Below, one piece after another: positions 28,057-36,552 of a stretch of 64,000 bases of DNA. Origin of the DNA: Candidatus Jacksonbacteria bacterium RIFCSPLOWO2_02_FULL_44_20 (GTDB lineage Bacteria; Patescibacteriota; Patescibacteriia; UBA9629). The notes beneath the pieces are model-generated. The model was not told the DNA's origin. It made no database searches and saw only the letters and a list, made by a program, of their open reading frames with translations. Where the stretch lies: NCBI GenBank assembly GCA_001818155.1, contig MHJU01000005.1, positions 11,805 to 75,804 on the forward strand. The letters run 5' to 3'. Made by a program: the position numbers and the translations under genes. Positions within the stretch are counted from its first letter, which is position 1. Every line of letters starts with the position of its first letter.

Positions 28057-28860
28057 CTACAAAAAAAGCAAGATGAGCGAGCCTGCGATAATCCGATATA
28101 TTCCGTATATCGCGAGTCCGAATCGCGACAGAGTTTTCATCAAAATTTCAATGGCGATCAATCCGACAAGAGCTGAACTTATAAATCCTATGCTAAGCGG
28201 CAGTATTTCAACTGATATATCCCCGCTCCCAAAAATATCGCGAAGTTTGAATGCCCCGGCCGCCGCGATAAGCGGGATGCTCATTAGGAATGAAAATCGC
28301 GCGCCGTTTGCGCGGGACAATCCGGAAAAAATTCCGGCAGTGATCGTTACTCCGGAACGCGAAGCGCCAGGAATGAGCGAGAATATCTGCGCGCATCCTA
28401 TAATTAGCGCGCGCATCGGGCCGACCCCGGAGTTTGCGCTTTTTTGTTCGTTTCGTTTTGCGAAGAAATCAGCGGCGATGAGCAGTATCCCAAAGATAAT
28501 CAAATTTGCGCCGACAACTTCAAGCGCGCGAAAACGAGTTTCAATAATGTCGTTTGCAAGCGCTCCAGCTGTTCCAGCCGGAATAATTCCTAAAATTATT
28601 GCAAGCGCAAGTCGGCGATCTTCCCTGTATGACGGATTTTTGCGCGCGAACACTGCGATCATCAGGCGCCGCAGATCAGAGCGGAAATAAAAGAGCACTG
28701 CAAAAAGAGTGCCCAGATGCAGAGCCGCGTCAAAGCCTAGTGTCTGAAGAGGCCAATGAAACAGTTTTGGAATAAGAATCAAATGCCCGGAACTTGAAAT
28801 CGGTAAAAATTCCGTGAGCCCTTGCGTTATGCCGAGCGTGAGAGATTGGATGGTGGTCAT
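28057..28860 (-). CDS. uppP: Undecaprenyl-diphosphate phosphatase
   Basis: QGLTEFLPISSSGH, PGASRSGVT, FSFLMSIP. Confidence 0.97.
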   Translation of the reverse strand: MTTIQSLTLGITQGLTEFLPISSSGHLILIPKLFHWPLQTLGFDAALHLGTLFAVLFYFRSDLRRLMIAVFARKNPSYREDRRLALAIILGIIPAGTAGALANDIIETRFRALEVVGANLIIFGILLIAADFFAKRNEQKSANSGVGPMRALIIGCAQIFSLIPGASRSGVTITAGIFSGLSRANGARFSFLMSIPLIAAAGAFKLRDIFGSGDISVEILPLSIGFISSALVGLIAIEILMKTLSRFGLAIYGIYRIIAGSLILLFL

Positions 28861-28866
28861 TTCGCT

Positions 28867-28895
28867 ACTGTATCACGTCGCTATCCTTGATACAA
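28867..28895 (-). promoter_or_regulatory. Putative leaderless uppP promoter
   Basis: TTGTAT-17nt-TACAGT with extended -10 TG, 6 nt before the ATG. Confidence 0.55.
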
Positions 28896-28901
28896 GCGGC
28901 T

Positions 28902-30545
28902 TTATACTCTGTACATCTCCCCAATCACTTCTTTATACCTCTCTTCAATCACCTTTCGTTTAAGTTTTAATGTGGGCGTGAGTTCGTCACGTTCCACTAA
29001 AAACGGCTCTTTAAGAATGGTAATTTTTTTTATGCGCTCGTGTTCAGGGAAATCCGCGAGAATGCGATTAATTTCTTCCTGAATGCGGGTATGCGCGGAG
29101 CGTTCTTCCGCAATCCCTTCCGCTTTTAACATTTCTCGTTCTGGCGCGATAAGCGCGGTTACCATTTTTTTTCCGTCTCCGACTACAATCGCCTGTGTTA
29201 TAAACGGGCTCGCATTCAGCGCGGTTTCAATCTCTTCTGGCTGAACGTTTTTTCCGGTTGAAAGAACAAGGATGTTTTTTTTGCGCCCGGTGATGTGGAG
29301 AAATCCGTCAGCATCAATTGAACCAAGATCTCCGGTTTTGAAAAATCCCTCTAAAGTAAATGCCGCTTGCGTCGCCCCGGGCAGTTTATAATACCCTTGC
29401 ATGACAGACGGCCCTTTCACAATAATTTCTCCGTCATCCGCAATTTTCACAATCAGATTATCAAGAGGAAGCCCGCATGAGCCAAACACATGCGCGTTTT
29501 CGCGATTGCATGAAATGACAGGCGAGGTCTCTGTAAGGCCGTATCCTTCAAGAATAGTGAGTCCGTATTTGTGAAAAAATGCGCCGATTGCCTTGTCTAA
29601 AGACGCTCCGCCCGAGACGCACAAACGAATGGCGCCGCCGAATCGTTTTTTGATTATGCGCGAAAGAAGAGCGCCGCCGCAAGGAAGATATTTTACAATA
29701 TGAAACATTTTGTTTGCAAGTATTTTCTCATGCGCTTTCTCAAAAATACGAGGGACGCCGAGGAGAACGGTCGGGCGCGCGCGTTTCAGATCATGCGGGA
29801 TCGCGCGCGGATCGCGAGAGGACTCTCCATAAAAAATACATGCCCCGGAAGTAAGCGGCGCATAACAGCCGGCAGTGCGTTCAAAAACGTGCGAGAGCGG
29901 CAGTATTGAAAGAAGCCGATCATCCATATGCAATGGAATTGCCCGCTGTATCGCCTCCACATTGCTTACGATATTTTCATGTGTCAGCGCCGCGCCTTTT
30001 GGCATGCCTGTTGTGCCGGATGTGTAAATAATTGTTGCTATACTTGATGAATAACGCAAATTCATCGGATTTGTTTTACTATATTTGCGCGTAAAATCTG
30101 TAAAGTGAAAATGTTTTTTCTGATTCAAGCCGAGAATTTTATTTTTTGCGCAGTAAATAATTGTGTGGAGCGGTAGACCGTTGTGGATATGGTTCAATTT
30201 TTCAAATAAATGATTGTCGGAGATTATAGCGATTTTGGCGCCGCAATCGTTTAGAATATGTCTTACGTATTTTTCCTGAAACACAGAATGGATCGGAACT
30301 GTAATCGCGCCGAGCATTTGAATAGCAAGATCAGCAATCACCCATTCGCTCCGATTCTCGCTAAAGATTGCCACTGTGTCCCCTCCGCGCGTTCCCAAAC
30401 GAAAAAGACCCTCGGCAAATCGCAGGGTCTTTTTGTAAAGTTTTCTGTATGTTATAAAGCGATATTCGCCCTCTTGTATTTGAGCCAATGCTTGAGCGTT
30501 TTCTTTGCGTTCAAGATTTTTGAAAACGAGATCAGGTATTGTCAT
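28902..30545 (-). CDS. Long-chain fatty acid--CoA ligase (AMP-binding family)
   Basis: YTSGTTGMPKG, LPLSHVFER, EGYGLTETSP, FKTGDLG, GRKK, ELTPTLKLKR. Confidence 0.92.
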   Translation of the reverse strand: MTIPDLVFKNLERKENAQALAQIQEGEYRFITYRKLYKKTLRFAEGLFRLGTRGGDTVAIFSENRSEWVIADLAIQMLGAITVPIHSVFQEKYVRHILNDCGAKIAIISDNHLFEKLNHIHNGLPLHTIIYCAKNKILGLNQKKHFHFTDFTRKYSKTNPMNLRYSSSIATIIYTSGTTGMPKGAALTHENIVSNVEAIQRAIPLHMDDRLLSILPLSHVFERTAGCYAPLTSGACIFYGESSRDPRAIPHDLKRARPTVLLGVPRIFEKAHEKILANKMFHIVKYLPCGGALLSRIIKKRFGGAIRLCVSGGASLDKAIGAFFHKYGLTILEGYGLTETSPVISCNRENAHVFGSCGLPLDNLIVKIADDGEIIVKGPSVMQGYYKLPGATQAAFTLEGFFKTGDLGSIDADGFLHITGRKKNILVLSTGKNVQPEEIETALNASPFITQAIVVGDGKKMVTALIAPEREMLKAEGIAEERSAHTRIQEEINRILADFPEHERIKKITILKEPFLVERDELTPTLKLKRKVIEERYKEVIGEMYRV

Positions 30546-31537
30546 GATCCTTGTATAACCGATTCAATAAGACGACAGGCGTATCCCCATTCATTATCAT
30601 ACCACGACAGAATTTTCACCAAGTCTCCGTCAACAACTTTTGTAAACGGCAGATCAATGATGCCGGAGTATGAGGTTTTTAAGATGTCGCTTGATACGAT
30701 CGGATCTTCCGAGACTCCGATGATGCCTTTGTAACGCGGAGAGTTTGCCGCCTCTTTGAATGTGTTATTTACTTCTTCAACAGTAACCGATTTTGCAAGC
30801 ACCATCGTTATGTCAGAAACCGAGCCCGCTGGAACCGGCACCCGAAGCGCGATGCCGTCAAATTTTCCTTTCAAGTCAGTGATAACTTCTGTCGTTGAAA
30901 TCGCGGCGCCGGTTGTCGTCGGGACGATATTGATTGCCGCGGCGCGCGCTCGCCTAAGATCGCGATGCGGGCCGTCAACAAGATTTTGATCCGCGGTGTA
31001 ACCGTGAACAGTTGTGAGAAGCGCTTTTTTCACCCCAAAACGTTGATGCATCAGATACACAGGCGCGGTGATGCTATTTGTTGTGCAAGAGGCGTTTGAT
31101 TTTAAGGGATTAGAATCGCGCGCGATATCCGAAACTCCGAGGATGTGAGTGGAAATGCCCGCGCCTTTTGGAGGCGCCGAGAGCAGAACCTTTTTTGCTC
31201 CTGCCTCAAGATGAAGGCGCATTTTTTCTTCGCTTGTGAAAATTCCAGTTGATTCAATAACAGTGTCAACTTCCAGAGTTCCCCATGGTAGTTTCTGCGG
31301 CTCTTTTTCCGCGTACACAGGATACGATTTTCCTTCAACAATGAGGTGCTTCTCCTCAAAATTTACCTCTTTTTCATATTTTCCGTATACACTGTCGTAA
31401 CGCAGAAGATAGGCAAGTATTTTTGTATCAAAGAGATCGTTGATGGCTACGACATCAAGCTCGTTTTTGTGCTCCAAGGCTATTTTGAATGCGGCCCGGC
31501 CGATGCGGCCAAAGCCGTTGATGGCGATGCGTTTCAT
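30542..31537 (-). CDS. gap: Type I glyceraldehyde-3-phosphate dehydrogenase
   Basis: Start ATG 31537; INGFGRIGR, NASCTTN, WYDNEWGY. Confidence 0.97.
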   Translation of the reverse strand: MKRIAINGFGRIGRAAFKIALEHKNELDVVAINDLFDTKILAYLLRYDSVYGKYEKEVNFEEKHLIVEGKSYPVYAEKEPQKLPWGTLEVDTVIESTGIFTSEEKMRLHLEAGAKKVLLSAPPKGAGISTHILGVSDIARDSNPLKSNASCTTNSITAPVYLMHQRFGVKKALLTTVHGYTADQNLVDGPHRDLRRARAAAINIVPTTTGAAISTTEVITDLKGKFDGIALRVPVPAGSVSDITMVLAKSVTVEEVNNTFKEAANSPRYKGIIGVSEDPIVSSDILKTSYSGIIDLPFTKVVDGDLVKILSWYDNEWGYACRLIESVIQGS

Positions 31538-31585
31538 GTTATAAATTACCAATTACTAATTTTGTATCCTCGTAACCTTTGTTGT

Positions 31586-32182
31586 TTATACAGTTTTTTG
31601 TGATTCTAAAATAAAATTTTTGATTTTAGAGTTTTTAAATTCCTGGGCTAAAATGTCCATCTGGATTATATCATAATACGTGCCGCCCCAGAAATGCGCT
31701 TCGCGGAGTAGTCCAGTTTTTCTGAAGCCAACAGCTTGATACGCGCGAAGGGCTCGCATGTTGTAACTGTATACGCCAAGCGAGACGGAATGCAGATTCA
31801 AGACATTGAAGGCAAAATCAAGCATTAAAGTAGTCGCTTCTCTACCATAACCTTTGCTCCAGTATGCTTTTTCTCCAATAACAATTCCAAATTCAGCTTT
31901 GCGATTAACGTCTTCAGTGTTGCGAAGCGTGCTTATCCCAATCAGTTGCGCTTGTTTTGTTAAGATCGCGAGGGTAAAACTCGTACCTTCTTTTGTTTTT
32001 GATTTAGCATCTTTCAACCATTGAAGTTCATCGACTACAGTAAAAATTTTTGACGAACTTACCGTAGTTTTAGTAACTTCTAAATCAGTTATCCACTTAT
32101 GAAAAATATGCAGATCTTTTTCATCCAGCGGACACAGGTTAACGCGTTTTCCTTGAAGTTTTACCGGTCGGCTGGATTTCAT
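31586..32182 (-). CDS. GNAT N-acetyltransferase (RimJ/RimL-like)
   Basis: AEFGIVIGEK.YWSKGYG, AFNVLNLH, N.RA...Y...GF...G.LRE. Confidence 0.9.
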   Translation of the reverse strand: MKSSRPVKLQGKRVNLCPLDEKDLHIFHKWITDLEVTKTTVSSSKIFTVVDELQWLKDAKSKTKEGTSFTLAILTKQAQLIGISTLRNTEDVNRKAEFGIVIGEKAYWSKGYGREATTLMLDFAFNVLNLHSVSLGVYSYNMRALRAYQAVGFRKTGLLREAHFWGGTYYDIIQMDILAQEFKNSKIKNFILESQKTV

Positions 32183-32185
32183 ACT

Positions 32186-32285
32186 TTACAGAAATTTTTT
32201 AATTTCATCTGGCGTAAGTTTTACTTGTCTTAAAATTGCAAACAATGTGCCTTTATGCAACGGTTTTCTGTGCGAGGTTTGACAT
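32186..32285 (-). pseudogene. hicA: Internally deleted hicA toxin remnant
   Basis: ATG-MSNL joined out of frame to HRKPLHKGTLFAILRQVKLTPDEIKKFL*, a HicA-like C-terminus. Confidence 0.65.
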
Positions 32286-32286
32286 G

Positions 32287-32405
32287 CTAAGCAGGAATTT
32301 TAACACGCGCATGCGCAATAATACTATTTTCTTGCGTGGTAAGCCAATTTAACATATCTCTCTTTTCCTCCCGCAAACATTCTAGTTTAAAATTTTATGT
32401 TTCAT
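32287..32405 (-). pseudogene. Internally deleted hicB-like antitoxin remnant
   Basis: MKHKILN* followed in another frame by LECLREEK...SIIAHARVKIPA*, directly upstream of the hicA remnant. Confidence 0.5.
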
Positions 32406-32412
32406 AAATATT

Positions 32413-33111
32413 CTACGATATAATCGTCCCGAGAGAAGGATTTTTTAAGACGCGAGAGAGAGAGTCGGGAGCCCACTTAAATACGACAATCGGAAGCGCG
32501 TTTTCTCCTGCGAGCGTGAAGGCGGTTTGATCTAAAATCCGCAAATTTTTTGCGATTGCTTCGTCGTACGAAAGCGTATCGTATCGTTTGGCCGTTGGAT
32601 TCACCTCTGGATCCTCCGAATACACGCCGTCAACATCAGTTGCTTTGAAGAGGGCATCGGCTTTTATCTCTAACGCTCGTAAAACAGCCGCCGTATCGTG
32701 AGTAAAAAATGCCTCTCCTGTTCCTCCGGCGCAGATTATAATTTTTCCTTCTTGAAGGAGTTTGCGGGCTTTAAAAGGATCAAACTTTCGCGCAATCCCA
32801 GGAATTTCAAATGCAGACATTAATCGCGTGTCAACTCCGTTTCCGTTCAGAATTTCCAAAAGCGCAAGAGAATTTGGAATGCCTGCCATGAATCCGATCT
32901 GATCGGCCGCGATTCTATCAAATGTTGGAGGGCGATTCCTGCCTCTAAAAATGTTTCCAGCGCCGTTTACAACAGCAATTTCAATGCCGCTATTTTTCGC
33001 CGCGATAATTTCATCAGCGATTTTCGCAATGGCGGAAAAATTTAAACCACTGCCGTCTTCGCCACTAAAGAGACCGCCGGAGAGTTTGAGGAGGATGCGG
33101 TTGTAGAACAT
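32413..33111 (-). CDS. pyrH: UMP kinase
   Basis: RILLKLSG, GAGNIFRG, GGTG..FFT.DTAAVLRA, VDGVY..DP. Confidence 0.95.
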   Translation of the reverse strand: MFYNRILLKLSGGLFSGEDGSGLNFSAIAKIADEIIAAKNSGIEIAVVNGAGNIFRGRNRPPTFDRIAADQIGFMAGIPNSLALLEILNGNGVDTRLMSAFEIPGIARKFDPFKARKLLQEGKIIICAGGTGEAFFTHDTAAVLRALEIKADALFKATDVDGVYSEDPEVNPTAKRYDTLSYDEAIAKNLRILDQTAFTLAGENALPIVVFKWAPDSLSRVLKNPSLGTIIS

Positions 33112-33190
33112 AATTATGGTTTGGAAATATCCATTCTTTTTTCGTTGCGTTCACTTAGTTTAGTGAGGCAGAAGACTTGTTAGAAATTCA

Positions 33191-33775
33191 TTACACCACC
33201 ATCCGCACAAACTCCCCTACTTCAATATTTTCCCCCAATTTTTGTATTTTTTCCTGTATCACGGATTCCACTGATCGCGTGTCGTCTTTTACAAACGGCT
33301 GATTAAGCAAACACACTGTTTCGTAATATTTACGCAATTTTCCATCAAGAATAGTATCACTGATATACGCCGGCTTTCCTTCTTTTGAAAGTTTCTCGGT
33401 TTCTATTTCTATTTCTTTTTCTATGACTTCACTCGGGATATCTTTAGAAGAGCGATATAACGGTTGCATAGCCGCGACCTGCATCGCCAAGTCTTTTGCG
33501 AGTTCCTTGAACTCATTATTTCTCGCCACAAAGTCAGTTTCCGAGCGGAGCGATACTAGAGCCGCGAGCTTTCCATTAGTGTGGACATATACGCCAATCG
33601 CGCCTTCGCCTGTTTGCCTGGAACTTTTTTTTGCCGCAATGATAACGCCGATTTTGCGCAAAATTTCTTTTGCTTTTGTAATATTGCCACCTGCTTTTTC
33701 CAAAGATTCGCGGCAGTCCACGACCCCTGCCCCGGTTTCATCGCGAAGTTTTTTAACGAGCTGTATATCAATCAT
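33191..33775 (-). CDS. tsf: Translation elongation factor Ts (short form)
   Basis: VKKLRDETGAG, ETDFVARN, LAMQVAA, KLGENI. Confidence 0.97.
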   Translation of the reverse strand: MIDIQLVKKLRDETGAGVVDCRESLEKAGGNITKAKEILRKIGVIIAAKKSSRQTGEGAIGVYVHTNGKLAALVSLRSETDFVARNNEFKELAKDLAMQVAAMQPLYRSSKDIPSEVIEKEIEIETEKLSKEGKPAYISDTILDGKLRKYYETVCLLNQPFVKDDTRSVESVIQEKIQKLGENIEVGEFVRMVV

Positions 33776-34494
33776 GGTTTAACTTCCGGAGCCGCTTCCG
33801 GAGGATTTGTTGATGCGTTCTTCGCCTCCACAATCGCTTCTGTTATTGTTTTGAGAATCATTTTTACGGAATTGATCGCGTCATCGTTTGCCGGAATCGG
33901 ATAGGCAATCGGACGAATATCAACATTTGAGTCTGTAATAGCGATTATCGGGATATTCTGCGCCTCTGCCTCGCGCACTGCGGTTTTACTTTCTTTGCAG
34001 TCCGTAATAAAAAGCGCATCCGGTATTTTTTCAAGATTTACGATTCCGCCATATATGCTCTCTAATTTTTCAAATCCGCTTTGTAAAATCAACTGTTCTT
34101 TTTTCGTGTATTTTGCCCATTCGCCTTTCTCTTTTTCCTCGCGTCTTTTTCTTAATTTGTTTATCTGTTTTCTTACAATCGCCCAGTTTGTGATTGTTCC
34201 GCCGACCCATTTTTCTATAATATATGGCATTTGAGAAGCTATAGCAGATTCTTTTACGACATTTTTTAATTGCTTTTTCGTGCCGATAAATAAAATTATC
34301 CCTCCGTTCTGAACAGTCTTTTTTACAAATTCTGCGGCGGAAACCAGCGAATCCATCGTTTGTTTCAAATCAATAATATGCACGCCTTTCCGCTCTGTAA
34401 AGATGTAAGGCTCCATTGAAGGATGCCATTTTGATTTTTTATGTCCGAAGTGAGCCCCTGCTTTCAGGAGTTCAAGAATATCTGGAATTTTCAT
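33772..34494 (-). CDS. rpsB: 30S ribosomal protein S2
   Basis: AGAHFGH, WHPSM, IIDL, WVGGT.TN, PANDD. Confidence 0.98.
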   Translation of the reverse strand: MKIPDILELLKAGAHFGHKKSKWHPSMEPYIFTERKGVHIIDLKQTMDSLVSAAEFVKKTVQNGGIILFIGTKKQLKNVVKESAIASQMPYIIEKWVGGTITNWAIVRKQINKLRKRREEKEKGEWAKYTKKEQLILQSGFEKLESIYGGIVNLEKIPDALFITDCKESKTAVREAEAQNIPIIAITDSNVDIRPIAYPIPANDDAINSVKMILKTITEAIVEAKNASTNPPEAAPEVKP

Positions 34495-34547
34495 AGTTGA
34501 AGAGTGTGTTTAAGATTAGAGAATTATGGTAGCGCAAAATGATTACT

Positions 34548-34576
34548 TTGACAAGATATGCATTTTTTGCTAGATT
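34548..34576 (+). promoter_or_regulatory. Putative rpmE promoter overlapping a divergent rpsB promoter
   Basis: TTGACA-17nt-TAGATT (with TG) on +. On - the same TTGACAA site gives TTGTCA-17nt-TACCAT toward rpsB. Confidence 0.6.
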
Positions 34577-34596
34577 TTTGCTTAAAGAGATTTTAT

Positions 34597-34857
34597 ATGA
34601 AACTATCAATCCATCCAGCATATCACGAAAAGGCAACAATAACCTGTTCATGCGGAAATGTTCTTATTGTAGGTTCAACAAAAGAAACAATGCATACGGA
34701 AGTCTGCTCTAATTGCCATCCGTTTTATACCGGCAAGAAGAAACTTATGGATACTGCTGGGCGAGTAGAACGATTTAAAGCGCGCGGTGAAAAAAGCAAA
34801 GCATTGCAGGCGCAAAAGGCGTTGCGAAAAAATTCTGCGAAAAAATCAACGGAGTAG
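34597..34857 (+). CDS. rpmE: 50S ribosomal protein L31 (zinc-binding type)
   Basis: [32 protein letters not shown]. Confidence 0.97.
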   Translation: MKLSIHPAYHEKATITCSCGNVLIVGSTKETMHTEVCSNCHPFYTGKKKLMDTAGRVERFKARGEKSKALQAQKALRKNSAKKSTE

Positions 34858-34881
34858 TTCATTAAAAGTGTGAGCGATTAA

Positions 34882-34908
34882 AAAAAGAGACTGTGGTTGT
34901 CTCTTTTT
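34882..34908. terminator. Bidirectional intrinsic terminator
   Basis: AAAAAGAGAC-tgtggtt-GTCTCTTTTT between convergent genes. Confidence 0.75.
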
Positions 34909-35023
34909 ATTTTTTTGCCAAATACGAAGCCGCAATAAGGAGAATACCGCTTAGAATAACAATGATAAGAAAAACTGAAAGGAACTCTTTTGGTTCGCGC
35001 GTTTTTTTCTCATTTTTCGGCAT
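34907..35023 (-). CDS. 38-aa single-pass membrane microprotein
   Basis: MPKNEKKTREPKEFLSVFLIIVILSGILLIAASYLAKK*; starts 1 nt after the rpmG stop and ends at the terminator. Confidence 0.55.
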   Translation of the reverse strand: MPKNEKKTREPKEFLSVFLIIVILSGILLIAASYLAKK

Positions 35024-35024
35024 A

Positions 35025-35186
35025 TCACTTGGTTTGATTTTGTGGCGTATGCTTGCGACAAAACATACAAAATTTAGAGTGTTCTTTCAATTTTGTTTCC
35101 TTCTTTTTGCTAAAGGAAATGTGATATGTTCTTTGCTTACATACTCCGCATTGAAGCCAAATTAGCGTGTCTTTTTTTGATGCCAT
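35025..35186 (-). CDS. rpmG: 50S ribosomal protein L33
   Basis: Below the ORF-track cutoff: MASKKDTLIWLQCGVCKQRTY...SKFCMFCRKHTPQNQTK* (two CxxC, KFC..CRKHT). Confidence 0.9.
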   Translation of the reverse strand: MASKKDTLIWLQCGVCKQRTYHISFSKKKETKLKEHSKFCMFCRKHTPQNQTK

Positions 35187-35245
35187 AGGTTTAGGTTTTA
35201 GATAAGTTATCTTTCAATAGTAGGTTACAAAAAGGAAAAAGTCAA

Positions 35246-36490
35246 TTAGCTGTGTTTAATAGCAAATTTTCGCAGTTTCTTGTGATACGATAGGGCAAAA
35301 CGATGGGCTTCGTCGCGAACGCGCGCAAACAGCTCTCTTAATTCCATAATTTCTTTTTTGAAAATTTTTGCCTCTTTATTGAATATAAGTTCAACCTTTT
35401 TTCTAGTTTTTCCTTTTGCGATGCCGACAATCGGGACAAAAAAATTCATTGATCTTGCGATTTCTACTCCAGCATTCACCTGCGCTGTTCCGCCGTCAAT
35501 AAAAATCAGATCCGGCAGACTCCATTCCTTGTGTGTAAAACGCCGTCGCAAAATTTCTTTAAGCATTTCTGTATCGTTAATACCTTCAACTGTTTTTATT
35601 TTGAATTTCCTGTATTCTTTTTTATCCGGCTCCCCATTTATGAAGACAACCATGCTCCCTACCGCATATTTACCACTGATATTGGAAACGTCGTACCCCT
35701 CAATGCGGCGAAACGGAATCCGCGATATTTCCTCTTTTTTCATAAGAGCGACATCGCATATATGTTTCAGGTTATGGAGCTGATTTCTGATTCGCGCCGC
35801 TGATTCAAAATCTTCTTCTTTGCTCAATCGTTCCATTTCACGTACGAGATTTGCGATGACGCGTTTGCGTTTTCCACTGAAAAATAGAATGAGATTTTTG
35901 ATTATTTTTTTGTACTCGCGCGGAGTAATCGCGAGAGTGCACACACCGGGGCAAAGGCCTAAATGATTGTAAAAACAAGGTTTTATTTTTTTTTGATCTC
36001 TTGGCGGTTTGCAAGCGCTAAACGGAATTATTTTCCGCACAAGTTTCAATAATGATTGAACAAGATCTCTGCTTTTGAATGGGCCAAAGACGGCTTGATA
36101 GAGTCCGGGCGTTTTTTCTAATTCCCTCCCTCGCGCAACTAGCACGCGCGGGTAAATGTCTTTTGTAATCACGACATAGATAAAACTTTTGTCGTCTTTT
36201 TGTTCTATATTATATTTCGGCTGATGTTTTTTGATTAGTTCCGCTTCTTTGAAAGTTGCTTCAAGCACTGAATCAGTTTTTTTACAGTCAATTGAAGCGA
36301 CGTGCGATACAAGCGCTTCAGTTTTGGCGTCATGAGCTTTTATAAAATATGAAGAAACGCGTTTTTTGAGCGATCCTGCTCTTCCGACGTAAATCACCTC
36401 TCCTTTTACGTTCTTCATTAGGTACACTCCGGGAGTCTTTGGTAAATGCTTGACAAATTTTGAGAAGCGCAGTTGAGTGCTTTTTTTCAT
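35246..36490 (-). CDS. uvrC: Excinuclease ABC subunit C (compact, no C-terminal HhH)
   Basis: GIY-YIG (PGVY, YVG, RVSSYF, PKYN), UVR (FESAARIRN), RNase H-like (YDVSN, IDGG, RDEAHRFA). Confidence 0.93.
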   Translation of the reverse strand: MKKSTQLRFSKFVKHLPKTPGVYLMKNVKGEVIYVGRAGSLKKRVSSYFIKAHDAKTEALVSHVASIDCKKTDSVLEATFKEAELIKKHQPKYNIEQKDDKSFIYVVITKDIYPRVLVARGRELEKTPGLYQAVFGPFKSRDLVQSLLKLVRKIIPFSACKPPRDQKKIKPCFYNHLGLCPGVCTLAITPREYKKIIKNLILFFSGKRKRVIANLVREMERLSKEEDFESAARIRNQLHNLKHICDVALMKKEEISRIPFRRIEGYDVSNISGKYAVGSMVVFINGEPDKKEYRKFKIKTVEGINDTEMLKEILRRRFTHKEWSLPDLIFIDGGTAQVNAGVEIARSMNFFVPIVGIAKGKTRKKVELIFNKEAKIFKKEIMELRELFARVRDEAHRFALSYHKKLRKFAIKHS

Positions 36491-36533
36491 GAAAAAGCTT
36501 GTTATCACGATCTGTTCTGTATAGAAAATTAAC

Positions 36534-36551
36534 ACCGCCTTTGGTGGCGGT
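36534..36551 (-). terminator. Hairpin just after the uvrA stop
   Basis: ACCGCC-tttggt-GGCGGT; U-tract is weak. Confidence 0.35.
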
Positions 36552-36552
36552 T

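Noticed and set aside
34893-35165. 90-aa + strand ORF
   Set aside because: Antisense shadow of rpmG and the microprotein, and it starts inside the terminator.
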